From a virus (lineage: Duplodnaviria; Heunggongvirae; Uroviricota; Caudoviricetes): a DNA stretch of 64,000 nt. The position numbers were made by a program, and so were the translations under genes. How positions within the stretch are numbered: position 1 is the stretch's first letter; the number at the start of each line of letters is the position of its first letter. Positions 46,851 through 56,805 of the stretch are shown in pieces. Under the pieces are notes generated by a model. The model was not told the origin of the DNA. It saw only the letters and a list, made by a program, of their open reading frames with translations, and made no database searches. The DNA lies in the IMG/VR virus record IMGVR_UViG_3300035698_029829, positions 71,427 through 135,426 of that record; one strand, written 5' to 3'.

Positions 46851-47072
46851 TTATCTCTGTCCTTTCTTACGGCGTTGCCGACGTTTCATCGCCAGCTTCT
46901 TCTTTTGAGCGCGCCGTGCCGCCCGATCTTCTTCAGTACGCTCGGATTTCTCAGCCCGTTCGCGGAGATGGATCGGTCGATGCTTCGGCGTCGGTGGCAA
47001 TAGGTTCTCAGCCATAGCTCCGGTCAACGCAAGCACTGACAACAGATCGGCGGTCTTCTTCTTGGTCATCAC
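46851..47072 (-). CDS. hypothetical small basic protein
   Basis: 73-aa ORF. Confidence 0.3.
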   Translation of the reverse strand: MMTKKKTADLLSVLALTGAMAENLLPPTPKHRPIHLRERAEKSERTEEDRAARRAQKKKLAMKRRQRRKKGQR

Positions 47073-47557
47073 AGCATCCCTGGGAAGGCGTCGACAAAAC
47101 GCACCTTCAAATCTTCGAACGCCTCGACGACGCGTACCTTCAGATCAGGAAAAGCCTCCACGACTTGCCACTCACCGCAGGCATCCGCGAAGGCGATAAC
47201 GTACCGCACCTTCAAATCTTCGAACGCCTCGACATACCTGATCTTCAGATCCTCGCCCGCTTCAACGAACTGCACCGTACCGTAGAGCTTGTGCCCCTGG
47301 CAGGTACAGTCGGCCGCCACCTTGGGTTCCGCCCCATAAACCTCGGCGACGGAGAGTATCAGCGCGGAGACGACGAATCCAAAGACCACCCCGATCAAAA
47401 TAATCGCACCCCAGAACGACCACTGATGCCACTTGGAGTGACGATGGCCCCGGCTGGATTCCAACACCTCGGCGCGCTCGTTCTGCCGCTTTGCCTTCGC
47501 CCGCTTATTCCGTTGCCTGGCTTGGGCTGCCTTCCGTTCCCGTTGCTTGTTATTCAT
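47069..47557 (-). CDS. membrane protein with (EAFEDLKVRYV)n repeats
   Basis: Basic N-term, TM 'AIILIGVVFGFVVSALILSV', then ~12-aa repeats encoded by ~36-bp DNA repeats at 47100-47270. Confidence 0.5.
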   Translation of the reverse strand: MNNKQRERKAAQARQRNKRAKAKRQNERAEVLESSRGHRHSKWHQWSFWGAIILIGVVFGFVVSALILSVAEVYGAEPKVAADCTCQGHKLYGTVQFVEAGEDLKIRYVEAFEDLKVRYVIAFADACGEWQVVEAFPDLKVRVVEAFEDLKVRFVDAFPGML

Positions 47558-47955
47558 CGCTCCATCTCCTCCCTGTTCGTGTTATCGTCGACCCACCGCT
47601 GCACGGCGTTGATACCCGGGGCATCCGAGTCGACGGCCGGATCGGTGTCACAGAGGTGACAGATCGCCACCAGCCCGTCGGTAAACTGCTGTGACAGCAC
47701 CTCTCCGGTATACTTTCTGGCGAAGTTCTCAATCCGGGTGGTCCTACCGCAGACGCAACAGTACCAGAGGTTCGCATCCCGGAATGCCGTATTCAGCTGA
47801 TTCACGGCCATGCGCGACGGTTGGACCTTTCCACGCTCCCACCGGTTGATCGACGGAAGCGACACGCCCAGCTTGGCAGCCAACTGCTCCTGGGTCCAGC
47901 CCAGGTGCTCCCTCAGTCGCTTAATCGCTACATCCCATCTCATCTTATCACTCAT
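47554..47955 (-). CDS. XRE-family helix-turn-helix transcriptional regulator
   Basis: 'LGWTQEQLAAKLGVSLPSINRWERGK' classic Cro/CI HTH; C-terminal 'CCVCG..C..C'. Confidence 0.65.
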   Translation of the reverse strand: MSDKMRWDVAIKRLREHLGWTQEQLAAKLGVSLPSINRWERGKVQPSRMAVNQLNTAFRDANLWYCCVCGRTTRIENFARKYTGEVLSQQFTDGLVAICHLCDTDPAVDSDAPGINAVQRWVDDNTNREEMER

Positions 47956-47956
47956 C

Positions 47957-49345
47957 TCACGCCTCCACGGCGGCGGCCTGCGCGGTCGCCTTCGCCTTCT
48001 TGGTTTTTTTGCGGGCCTTCTTCAGCTTCGGAGGACCGTTCAACAGCACCACCCGGTTCAGGATGGTCTGCTTCACAGGGCCGTCGGCAGCCCACTTGCC
48101 TTTGCCCGTGTGCAACTCGTGCCGCTTCGCGGTACCTCTGATCCAAACCTTATCGCCGATCTCAGGACGCTCCCACACGGGATTTAGGTTGGGGTTGTCT
48201 TTGTTTTTGGCCCAGCGACCGAGGGTACTGGAACCGAACCATACAAAAACCTGGTCCTTGGGGCCGTAGAATTTGTAGAAGTAGGTCATCCCGTAATGGC
48301 CTTCCCAGGCGTCCTCATGAGCGATTTCGACCTCGATGTCGAACCGTTTACCCACCTCGCCGACGTATTCTGAGGGTTTGCGCTGCTTGCGCGCGGCCCG
48401 CTCGATAGCGATCTCGTGCTCGCGGCGGAAGGCCACCACAGCCGAAGCCAGGAGGTTGGCGCTCCGATCCACCACGAAGCCCATGCTCGCAGCCGTCCGA
48501 AGGTTGTGCAGGTAGTCGTTCAACTCGGCGTCAGGACGCTTATCCAGGGTACCGAGCCAACAGAGCGTCGCGGAGGCCAGGGCACAGGTGTCATCCTCGT
48601 CCAGGGCATCCTCGTAGCGTTCACGCTGCTTGTCGCGCCCCTCAAAGAACGACCGGTAACGCTTATGGTCGCCGGTTATAAGATTGAACACGTCACCACC
48701 GGTTGGGGAGCCGTAACCCTCCTCGCGGCATTTGGTCGAGGAACGATAGCCGAAAACACTCACGAAAGCCGCCGTGGTGTTTACGAAGTGACCCAAGCCG
48801 GTCGAGGGTTCCCAACCACTACCACAGCCGTCGCCGCTATACTCAGCGAACACGGAGACCAACTGTTTGATCCAGGTATAGCGGGAAACCAGCATGTGGG
48901 GGTCGATACCGAGGAAGTCGTGGAGACAGGTGGACCCAACTTGCCGCACCTCGCCGGTCTCGATGTGCTTAACCAGGAAAGTATCCTTGCGGCGACGGCG
49001 GGTGCCGCAGTGGTCGCAGTTCGGACCAGCAGTCCGATACTCAACGGGCACGCTCTCACCAGGCACCGCCTCCAAGACGTTGCCGTCCTCACCCAGGTGC
49101 CACACGCGAGCTAAGAACCGCCACCCACCGATGGCGATCTCCTCACCCTCAACCGTCACTTCGACCCACTCGCGGGTCTCAGTCACGAGGTTGGTGATCT
49201 CATCCTTGCGTTCCTCAACCCAGCGCCGAACCTCTTCGAGAATTGCGCCAGGGACGCCGAGCTTCGCGGCGCGGCGATTTAGCTTCTCGATCTTCTCACG
49301 AACGGTGTCCAGGTTAATGGCGGGTATCTGGTAGGTTTCCTTCAT
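47957..49345 (-). CDS. hypothetical protein (462 aa)
   Basis: ATG (MKETYQ) after GAGGAGAGGAGA RBS and a promoter with perfect TATAAT. Confidence 0.5.
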   Translation of the reverse strand: MKETYQIPAINLDTVREKIEKLNRRAAKLGVPGAILEEVRRWVEERKDEITNLVTETREWVEVTVEGEEIAIGGWRFLARVWHLGEDGNVLEAVPGESVPVEYRTAGPNCDHCGTRRRRKDTFLVKHIETGEVRQVGSTCLHDFLGIDPHMLVSRYTWIKQLVSVFAEYSGDGCGSGWEPSTGLGHFVNTTAAFVSVFGYRSSTKCREEGYGSPTGGDVFNLITGDHKRYRSFFEGRDKQRERYEDALDEDDTCALASATLCWLGTLDKRPDAELNDYLHNLRTAASMGFVVDRSANLLASAVVAFRREHEIAIERAARKQRKPSEYVGEVGKRFDIEVEIAHEDAWEGHYGMTYFYKFYGPKDQVFVWFGSSTLGRWAKNKDNPNLNPVWERPEIGDKVWIRGTAKRHELHTGKGKWAADGPVKQTILNRVVLLNGPPKLKKARKKTKKAKATAQAAAVEA

Positions 49346-49376
49346 GGCGTGTCTCCTCTCCTCATCTTCTAACGCC

Positions 49377-49412
49377 ATTATACCAAATTGGAGAGGGTTT
49401 GTCAAGAGCTTT
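49377..49412 (-). promoter_or_regulatory. conserved sigma70-like promoter
   Basis: TTGACAAACCCTCTCCAATTTGGTATAAT. Confidence 0.65.
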
Positions 49413-49431
49413 TTATATCATTTGATAGGTT

Positions 49432-49620
49432 TTATGTGTCGTCATCGTCCTCGTCGAAGTCGAACCCAGCAGTCTCCAGCACTCCTTCGACGCTATCCTG
49501 AATAAAGGAACGCACAGTCTCGTAATCAGCCTTCCCTGGTTTCCCAACTTGGCGGGCGATGACACGACGATCCCCGTCGTCCGCCTTAAACGTAATCCTG
49601 ATCTTTATCTTCCCTTCCAA
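49432..49620 (-). CDS. hypothetical small acidic protein
   Basis: 62-aa ORF. Confidence 0.3.
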   Translation of the reverse strand: MEGKIKIRITFKADDGDRRVIARQVGKPGKADYETVRSFIQDSVEGVLETAGFDFDEDDDDT

Positions 49621-49829
49621 TCCGCCCAGTCGACGGACTCTACCTCGAAGCCACGCTTCCGGACCTCGTTTTCCTGGACGAACACGGGTATGAAAGGACG
49701 GCCGTGGCAGTCATAACCCTTCCCAGCACGCTTCGTCGTCCAAAGCCAGTCAGAGAAGTGCCCCTCCCCCGTCGCACCTAAAAACACCTCGCCTTCACGG
49801 GCCTCGGGATGACCTCGATAAACCTTCAT
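49605..49829 (-). CDS. hypothetical small protein
   Basis: ATG (MKVYRG) after GGAGGAA RBS and promoter. Confidence 0.4.
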   Translation of the reverse strand: MKVYRGHPEAREGEVFLGATGEGHFSDWLWTTKRAGKGYDCHGRPFIPVFVQENEVRKRGFEVESVDWADWKGR

Positions 49830-49854
49830 TGATTGTTCCTCCATTCTCGAACAA

Positions 49855-49890
49855 ATCCTACAACAACTAACCAAGTTTGTCAAGAGTTTT
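49855..49890 (-). promoter_or_regulatory. conserved sigma70-like promoter
   Basis: TTGACAAACTTGGTTAGTTGTTGTAGGAT. Confidence 0.55.
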
Positions 49891-49932
49891 CATCTTCAAC
49901 GGCAACACACCTCACCCCGCGAAGATAAGACC

Positions 49933-51240
49933 ATGAACGAAGACCACCGCACCGTCTACGACCTATTGACCGAGTGGCAACAACTCGACGAGGGGCACAC
50001 TCTTGCCGATGGACGGAGGGACGCACGCAAGAAGGCTTACCAATTCAGCAACATACTCCGCGACAAAGTGTGGAACAAGGTGTCCGACTACCGCGAACGA
50101 TACGGCTACCCTAAAATGCCTACCGATGAATTGCTGGGCAGCCGCAAATACCCCGGCGGGAATCGCGTACTCCAGCTCGTTCAGACCTACGCTTACGACC
50201 ACGTCGCTACGATAATCAACACCCTCAACCGCGATTTCGATGATTTCTACGACGCCGTGTTCGCCCCGAGAGGAATCACCAACCTGGTGGACCTTATCAA
50301 AGCGGCTCCGACGGTACGCGGCCTCAATATCCCAGCCAGCCTTAAACGGTTCAACGTCCTCAACGCCATTCCAAACAGCCCCCTCTCCCATGTCTATGAC
50401 CGATGGTTGAAGATCGCGTGGGACGCCAAGCTACGCCGCACCCTGATGAAGGGCGACCGCACAGCCTTCAATAAGGTGTGGAACGCCTTCGCGGAAGAAC
50501 GCGTCGATGAGCTGATCGAATGGGCACAGGAATACGGCTCCTTCCTGGAACAGGCGGCGGAGGCATTAGCGCAGTCCAAGAAAATGGCTCTCAATACCGC
50601 CCCCGACCGAATGGCGGTCGGCCGCTTCACCCTCGTCAACGAGGCCACCGCTTGGGACTTCGACCTCGCCCTGATCGCCGACGCCCTGAAGAACGCCGCG
50701 CGAGCCATCACCAAGGTAGGCTTCGGCGCAGCGTGCTACGGCCCCGTAGTGGTCGCACCAGAAATCCGCGTTCAGAGGGAGTTCAGCAGAGACACCGACT
50801 CGGTCTACGCCCAATACGATATCAGAGAGGACTACGTCAGCATCTCCTTCAGGGAAGCCAAAATAGCGCGTGAGGGCCTCAACACCTGGCTGAGGAAGTA
50901 TCGCAAATTGTTAACCCGCAATCTCACCCACGAGCTGGCCCACCGTGTCTGGTTCAAACTCCTCACCATAACTCAACGCAATCTCTACTCAGCACTCGCG
51001 GGGAAGCTGAATAATATCCTACGGAAGGAAATCATAAAGCTCCGGCGAACAGCAATGCGGGAGGAGGAAATCAACCGACGAATCAACAGCCAATTCTCCG
51101 CCGCCTTCGTCAGCGGTTACGCATCCAGGAGCGATCTGGAGGATTTCGCCGAAGCGCTAGCCGTCTATGCCACGGAGCCGAGTCGCCGCCGAGAACCCGG
51201 CGTCGAACGCCTCTACTTGGCGGGAATTGTCCGGTCTTAG
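49933..51240 (+). CDS. hypothetical protein with HELAH motif
   Basis: 435-aa plus-strand ORF; 'LTHELAHRVWF'. Confidence 0.5.
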   Translation: MNEDHRTVYDLLTEWQQLDEGHTLADGRRDARKKAYQFSNILRDKVWNKVSDYRERYGYPKMPTDELLGSRKYPGGNRVLQLVQTYAYDHVATIINTLNRDFDDFYDAVFAPRGITNLVDLIKAAPTVRGLNIPASLKRFNVLNAIPNSPLSHVYDRWLKIAWDAKLRRTLMKGDRTAFNKVWNAFAEERVDELIEWAQEYGSFLEQAAEALAQSKKMALNTAPDRMAVGRFTLVNEATAWDFDLALIADALKNAARAITKVGFGAACYGPVVVAPEIRVQREFSRDTDSVYAQYDIREDYVSISFREAKIAREGLNTWLRKYRKLLTRNLTHELAHRVWFKLLTITQRNLYSALAGKLNNILRKEIIKLRRTAMREEEINRRINSQFSAAFVSGYASRSDLEDFAEALAVYATEPSRRREPGVERLYLAGIVRS

Positions 51241-51381
51241 CGCGTCCGGTGCGCCTCACAAAACCAGGTCGGCCAAGTACCGTCGGCCAACTGGCCACCA
51301 ACACAACGGTAGTAACCGGTATAACCGGTTTGCGCTTTGTTGAGTTGGAACAGATGTCTCTCGATTTGTTTCCACATGATC

Positions 51382-52347
51382 CTATTCCTTCACTTCGTAT
51401 ATGTGTGCTCGGTGTACGGGGTTGACGAGCCCACGCTGATGCGGCTTGCGCCAGACACGCCGCCCCTCCAACGACCCCTTGGTAAACGTCGCCCAATTAC
51501 CCCGCACGTCGTAACGATGCCCATGTTTCGTACCAGCGCCCGTGCTCTCCGACGCCGAGCGCGTCTCACGGCTCCAGCGCACCATCTCGTAAGGTTCCAA
51601 CGGTGCACGGCCCTTTTTCTTCCTGGCTTTATTTAATTTCGTGAGGCTGGCCGCCTCCAACCGCACTGACGGACTGGATAATAGGTCGAAGGTCGCCCGC
51701 GCAACTCCAAACAGCTCGTTCCACTCAACGGAAGACCGGACGTGCTTGCCATGTTCATCGAAAGCCCAGGGCATCGCGTAGCAATCGCAAAGCCCCGTCT
51801 GCTCGTCGTACCCAATAGCCAATACGCCGAAATAATAGCAAGCGGGCGCAAGGGTTAGATCGAGGTGAAGAACCTCCATATTCTCGATCTCACTCGGATC
51901 GCACGCCCAGGCCAACATGCACTGAATCGTCATGTCGAATTGCTTCAGGTAGATGCCGCCCTCGAACTCAGCAACGATGACCGGGTAAACGGCGTGCAGA
52001 TACTCAATGTGATCAAAAGCAGGAGCCAGGGATGCCCCGATCAACTGCGTGAAATCCGGCGAAAAGCGCACAATCTGCGACAAATTCCGAGCGAGGGTAT
52101 ACGCGGACAGATAGTGCTGAAAGGACAAAGCTTTACCGGTCGAATGCACTACGTCCTGCGCCAATTTGCGCTCATCATCGCTATAAGGAATCATCCGTAG
52201 GAGGTAGTCCTGTAGAAGGCCATGCCGTAACATCTTGCGCGACTGGTTAGCCTCGTAAACGCGTTCCCGAGCGCGCAGGAACTCCTCTCGTAAATCCGGC
52301 GGCAACCGATAAACCGCTTCCTCAGCAAGACTGGGCGTTAACGGCAT
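51382..52347 (-). CDS. hypothetical protein
   Basis: 321-aa ORF. Confidence 0.5.
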   Translation of the reverse strand: MPLTPSLAEEAVYRLPPDLREEFLRARERVYEANQSRKMLRHGLLQDYLLRMIPYSDDERKLAQDVVHSTGKALSFQHYLSAYTLARNLSQIVRFSPDFTQLIGASLAPAFDHIEYLHAVYPVIVAEFEGGIYLKQFDMTIQCMLAWACDPSEIENMEVLHLDLTLAPACYYFGVLAIGYDEQTGLCDCYAMPWAFDEHGKHVRSSVEWNELFGVARATFDLLSSPSVRLEAASLTKLNKARKKKGRAPLEPYEMVRWSRETRSASESTGAGTKHGHRYDVRGNWATFTKGSLEGRRVWRKPHQRGLVNPVHRAHIYEVKE

Positions 52348-52434
52348 CGAACTTCCTTATCATGTAAAATCCGTCGACCATCGCCGAACTCCCAATACTA
52401 ACCAGCTTATGCCGCGCCCTGGCTCTGAAAAACT

Positions 52435-52767
52435 CTACCTTTTTATCCAATGAAAAGCCCTTAAGTCCTTAATCGGCACCACGTGAGCGACGAGCACGTC
52501 AGCCCCAGGTGACAACGATGGAGCAACTTCGGGCGACGGCACCAACGTCGTCAACACGACCTCGTAGATGCGCCGAACACTCGTCACATCGCCAAGCGCA
52601 AGCCGGTCACCCACCTCCAAGCGTGCGCGCAAAGCCTTGAAAAGCAGAACGGGTTTGGAAGGAGGATCGTCGTCGGGGCCATTGCAAACAAAGTCGACCG
52701 ACTTAAGAAAAAAGACGACATTCTCTGCATCTTCGGGCTCCAACAATATCACACGGGTTAAGATCAT
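52435..52767 (-). CDS. hypothetical protein
   Basis: 110-aa ORF. Confidence 0.4.
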   Translation of the reverse strand: MILTRVILLEPEDAENVVFFLKSVDFVCNGPDDDPPSKPVLLFKALRARLEVGDRLALGDVTSVRRIYEVVLTTLVPSPEVAPSLSPGADVLVAHVVPIKDLRAFHWIKR

Positions 52768-53084
52768 GGTTTCTCCTCCTTCACGCGGTCATCCACGCAA
52801 AGCGTAAACTTTCGTTTCCGAGCGCCCCTCCGCGCCGAAAGCGATTTCTTGAAGAGGTCCGGCCGTAGTTCCAAAGCGTTAAGCACCCGAGCGTGCCGGT
52901 CGTTCCGGCCACCCGCTATCACGGGATGGAGACTATCCGCCAAAATGGCTTTGCGCCCTGTACGTTCCGCGTACCGACAGCAAATTTCATCGAGCAATAT
53001 GTTGTCACCCGTCATGACTGCCGGATTATCAGTCTCCCGAAGTATCTCGACGGCCACCTCGGCTAAAGTGGGCATCCGACTCAC
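52764..53084 (-). CDS. hypothetical protein
   Basis: 106-aa ORF, coupled. Confidence 0.4.
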   Translation of the reverse strand: MSRMPTLAEVAVEILRETDNPAVMTGDNILLDEICCRYAERTGRKAILADSLHPVIAGGRNDRHARVLNALELRPDLFKKSLSARRGARKRKFTLCVDDRVKEEKP

Positions 53085-53650
53085 TGTAAGCCCCGCAAAC
53101 GCTTGAACGTTGTGAGCAATTCCACCGCCTCTTTATGAGTTACATCGGCAAACTCCAGCGCCGTACGCCCCTTCGTAAAGACGTGGAAACTGACGACGGC
53201 AGCTTGGCTCGCCCCGCAAGGGGGTGACCCCGGATACTCAGCCATCAAATAAAGGCCCCGACTACTCTGATGCGTTTCAACACGGTACGACGGGCCTGCC
53301 GCTAAGGACAGATCGTTCGCGAAGGTGCTCAAGTCATCATCTAAGGGTAACGCAGCACAACGAGATGCCAATCGGTCACACTCTGTAAGAACAGACCCCA
53401 ACATTTTGTGCAGCTTCCGCACCCCCTCTTTATCAAGCGTCGCATTATCTTCTCGATATAACAGCGTCAACACGACGTTGATGTTACCATCACTTTTCGC
53501 GTCCTCTGGTTTGCTGCTTGTTACGCTCACATCCATGAGTTGTTCGGCGTTGCCGCCCTCCCCAAGTTGAAAGACCCACTCGCGTTGCCGAACAACACGG
53601 TCGACCGCCTGAAATTGTACCGTAGGAGTACGATCACCCTTTTTCGCCAT
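53081..53650 (-). CDS. hypothetical protein
   Basis: 189-aa ORF. Confidence 0.45.
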   Translation of the reverse strand: MAKKGDRTPTVQFQAVDRVVRQREWVFQLGEGGNAEQLMDVSVTSSKPEDAKSDGNINVVLTLLYREDNATLDKEGVRKLHKMLGSVLTECDRLASRCAALPLDDDLSTFANDLSLAAGPSYRVETHQSSRGLYLMAEYPGSPPCGASQAAVVSFHVFTKGRTALEFADVTHKEAVELLTTFKRLRGLQ

Positions 53651-53910
53651 CAGCCGCCTCCTTCCTGATTCTCTAAAGCCGTTCGTAGAATTTTCAAAGA
53701 TTCAGCCGTGTTGGGGTTCTTCGCCAATTCGATGCACTCAGAACACACCGCTATGACCGAATCCTCTACGTCGCGGCTGACGACGTGATGTTTGGACATC
53801 GACGGTCCCTTATAGTGGGCGAGGTCCAACGCACCCGCGCTCATCGGCTTTCCACAGATGCTACAGTCGACGACACCATCACGCCGGATCAACAGTTTAC
53901 CTACAGCCAT
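53650..53910 (-). CDS. HNH-like endonuclease-motif small protein
   Basis: 'CSICG...LDLAHYKG...HH...CSEC'. Confidence 0.45.
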   Translation of the reverse strand: MAVGKLLIRRDGVVDCSICGKPMSAGALDLAHYKGPSMSKHHVVSRDVEDSVIAVCSECIELAKNPNTAESLKILRTALENQEGGG

Positions 53911-53946
53911 TGGTCATCCCTCCCGCACGGGTGATCGATCTTCTCA

Positions 53947-54486
53947 TTACACCTTTGCCCAGCCCTTGTAGATGCAGTAAAATTTGTTCAAAAGTGCGGC
54001 AGTCTGCCGTACCCAGTCTACAGCATCCTCGCGCGTTCGCGTTTCCATTAGCGTCTTCACATCCTTGAATCCGCGACTCCACCGTTCAGCATAAGAACTG
54101 GCGATCCGCCTGGCCGATGGTGTGTAGGGGCAATCATCGAAAGTCTCGCCTTCCAAAAATGCTCGCTGCCCAGCCAAACAAGCCAAGTTGCCATTCATCT
54201 CGCGTTTGACCGCCGCCGATGGCTTAAGGGCTCCCACTCTCGGATCGCCGACCGCTTCGGTCAACGTCGTCGCCAGGGTGCGGAGGTGCGCCTCAACTGC
54301 CGCCTCTCCTTCCTCATCTGTTAGGAAGTTGGGAAAGCAACATCGGTCGAGCGTCTTAATCTCCCACTCACTCGTGTTAGGATAGCTGATGATCACATGT
54401 CCCATCTTTAAGTCGCCGTGCATGAGCTTCCGCCCATTCCGGTGCCCATCGAAAGTGGAAGACACCCACTTAGCTCGCATTGCCAT
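53947..54486 (-). CDS. hypothetical protein
   Basis: 179-aa ORF. Confidence 0.45.
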   Translation of the reverse strand: MAMRAKWVSSTFDGHRNGRKLMHGDLKMGHVIISYPNTSEWEIKTLDRCCFPNFLTDEEGEAAVEAHLRTLATTLTEAVGDPRVGALKPSAAVKREMNGNLACLAGQRAFLEGETFDDCPYTPSARRIASSYAERWSRGFKDVKTLMETRTREDAVDWVRQTAALLNKFYCIYKGWAKV

Positions 54487-54514
54487 AATTATTTCTCCAC
54501 CCCTTCAATTCCAG

Positions 54515-55003
54515 TTAAAGATATTCATCGTAGATCCAGAATATGGAATCTTGCCTGCCAAGCACCACCCTCTTAATCGCCGACCGCAGTATCCGAGCCT
54601 TGGTGAGTGTCATGTTATACGGCACCCGCACCCGCCCAAAAAGTCGCAGCAGCGCTGCGTAATATGCCTGATCATCCTCATCTAAGCTGTAGCGATCCAC
54701 CTGGGCGTCGGCGTTGAGAAGCCACGAAGCAATAGCATGTTGCGAACACCCAATTTTTATCTCGTGCGGCCACCGAGAGTACCACGTAACCGTGTGCAAA
54801 AAACTTTCGTCAACCACCTTCACTTCGAGACCGTACTTACCATCGGATTTAATGAGAAACGCAAACGTGACCTCAAACTCCTCCTCGTCAATGTCCTCGG
54901 CATCCCGTGCTTTCCTAACGATACCCAAAATGCCCTTCAGCGCCCTCGCAACCTTCTCGGCTGCCGCTTTGTCGAATCGATTCTGTTTTTTCGACTTACT
55001 CAT
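54515..55003 (-). CDS. hypothetical protein (paralog of 55469..55978; 'W.S.WPHE' family)
   Basis: Shared blocks 'TWYSRWPHEIKI' vs 'TWRSTWPHEAEI'. Confidence 0.45.
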   Translation of the reverse strand: MSKSKKQNRFDKAAAEKVARALKGILGIVRKARDAEDIDEEEFEVTFAFLIKSDGKYGLEVKVVDESFLHTVTWYSRWPHEIKIGCSQHAIASWLLNADAQVDRYSLDEDDQAYYAALLRLFGRVRVPYNMTLTKARILRSAIKRVVLGRQDSIFWIYDEYL

Positions 55004-55004
55004 C

Positions 55005-55472
55005 TCAGTTTGCCTCCCCTTTCCCCGTGAACTTCGACAACAAATCCTTGGTTGCCTGGTCGAGCCGGGTCAACTGCTGGTCGCCGAGGACCCGCAACAA
55101 ATTTACTGCTTTGAAAAGGACCCGCATCGTCACTATCGCTGCCCCCACGTTGATTAAACCAGTAACAAGCATCACCAACCCAGCCTGCCAGTTCTCGCTC
55201 CACACAATCAGACTGAACACGAGGAACCCAGTGCCCATGTAGACCCGGAATATCAACGACACCACCAACCGTTGAAAGGTGTGCCCCAAACGCTTCTCCA
55301 AACAGAAGATCACGACGCCCCAAACACTGAAGGTAAACAGCGCATCCTGTAAACCCGATGTTGGGCGCAACCACAACATCAGCATCGCGTAAATGCCGGT
55401 CGAGCCCAGCACCACCAACGCGAAGCGCGGCACCGAAATTATTTTTTCCTTAAATTGATCCATGTCACTCAT
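55005..55472 (-). CDS. hypothetical multi-pass membrane protein
   Basis: Start at MSDMDQ; four hydrophobic helices. Confidence 0.45.
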   Translation of the reverse strand: MSDMDQFKEKIISVPRFALVVLGSTGIYAMLMLWLRPTSGLQDALFTFSVWGVVIFCLEKRLGHTFQRLVVSLIFRVYMGTGFLVFSLIVWSENWQAGLVMLVTGLINVGAAIVTMRVLFKAVNLLRVLGDQQLTRLDQATKDLLSKFTGKGEAN

Positions 55473-55978
55473 CCTAACTGTTCCTCCTCGCCCAGGCGCA
55501 CGGGAAACCGCAGTCGCTTCGGCAGTTCGACCCGCAGAACACGCAATAACATCTTCGCCTCGCTCCGCGTCAGTAAATCCGGCATCTCCAAACCCCGGTA
55601 GACCAGGAGCACAGACGTGTAGAGAACGCACACCAGCGACGACCACCCGTGCGACTGCCGCTCGCGGCTCATGCGATCCAACCAATCGTCGATAGGATGC
55701 GCGAAGTGCCGGATCTCAGCTTCGTGGGGCCACGTCGAACGCCAAGTGAGGAGGTCCAGATAATCGTTGGCCAACCAAACCTTTACCGCAAACTTCCCCT
55801 CGAATACCTCGTCGAAGATCACCCGAAACAGGAAGCTGGGTACATGATCGTCGTTCTCACGGGGTTGTGCCACCAGATCCCGCCGCCGAACCGTTAAAAA
55901 GTCTTGGGTGATCCCCTCCAACCGAGCCAACCGCTCAGCCATCTTCTCCGCATTCTTCTTGCTGAATCGTCGACTCAT
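55469..55978 (-). CDS. hypothetical protein (paralog of 54515..55003)
   Basis: See paralog. Confidence 0.45.
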   Translation of the reverse strand: MSRRFSKKNAEKMAERLARLEGITQDFLTVRRRDLVAQPRENDDHVPSFLFRVIFDEVFEGKFAVKVWLANDYLDLLTWRSTWPHEAEIRHFAHPIDDWLDRMSRERQSHGWSSLVCVLYTSVLLVYRGLEMPDLLTRSEAKMLLRVLRVELPKRLRFPVRLGEEEQLG

Positions 55979-56547
55979 GACTTTTTCTCGGAGAGTGCTT
56001 TATTCATGACGGTCCGGTGGGGCTTCCGTGTCAAGCCCTCGGGACTGTGATACACCACCGTCGTATCCAGAACGTATCTCGTATAGCCGAGCCCACGCGC
56101 GAGGTCGAACACACAAGCGTCGACGACCTGTCGAGCCTTCAACAGCGCTTCGTTCTCGTCCGCATAATCCTGACTGGTCGGCTCGCAGGAAGGACGCCAC
56201 GGTTGTTCAACGACGTTCTCCAACGCCACATCCAGAAACGCGTGCATCAACTTCCGATCCTCATCGTCGCTAACCCACGTCAGCGGCTTCTGGGTACCTG
56301 TGCTTACCTCGGCCTCGACGGAAACGAGGCCCGTTTTCTTCACCCACGTCCCAAAGCAGAAGAGTGCCATCCCTCCTAAAGCCAGTACGATACTAAAAAT
56401 GAAGGAAGACGTGTTCTCGGGCCGCCAAGGATTCCATATCAACGCGGAAGACTGCACCGCCATATCGAGTGATCCAATCACCAAACTTACAAGGCCCATC
56501 ACCTGGAGGGTGGTGAACGAGGGCATGTCCTTCTTCACTGCCATCAT
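55975..56547 (-). CDS. hypothetical membrane protein
   Basis: Three N-terminal TM helices. Confidence 0.45.
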   Translation of the reverse strand: MMAVKKDMPSFTTLQVMGLVSLVIGSLDMAVQSSALIWNPWRPENTSSFIFSIVLALGGMALFCFGTWVKKTGLVSVEAEVSTGTQKPLTWVSDDEDRKLMHAFLDVALENVVEQPWRPSCEPTSQDYADENEALLKARQVVDACVFDLARGLGYTRYVLDTTVVYHSPEGLTRKPHRTVMNKALSEKKS

Positions 56548-56805
56548 CTACGCCTTCTTTCCTTTACGTGGACACCAATCCGCTCCACTCTGACTTTTCT
56601 TCTTGGCTACCCCTGTGAAATCCACGCGCGCCGGTCGCAGGTCCACGCGGTATTCCCGCCCGCATTCGCAGATGTGGGAGCCAATAATCGACTCGTCGCC
56701 CACGATCTCCCGAATGAAGGCCAGCTCACGTCCGCAAGGACAGACCTTCCGAGCAACAACATTTGTCTTGATCAGACCTTCCTTCGACGCCTTCTTCACT
56801 GCCAT
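56548..56805 (-). CDS. hypothetical zinc-ribbon protein
   Basis: 'CPCGRE...CECGREY'. Confidence 0.4.
   Translation of the reverse strand: MAVKKASKEGLIKTNVVARKVCPCGRELAFIREIVGDESIIGSHICECGREYRVDLRPARVDFTGVAKKKSQSGADWCPRKGKKA

Noticed and set aside
53947-54486. Possible ribosome-modulation-factor-like 'DCPY' segment in ORF 53947..54486
   Set aside because: Only a short 'FDDCPYTPS...W' resemblance; too weak to call.
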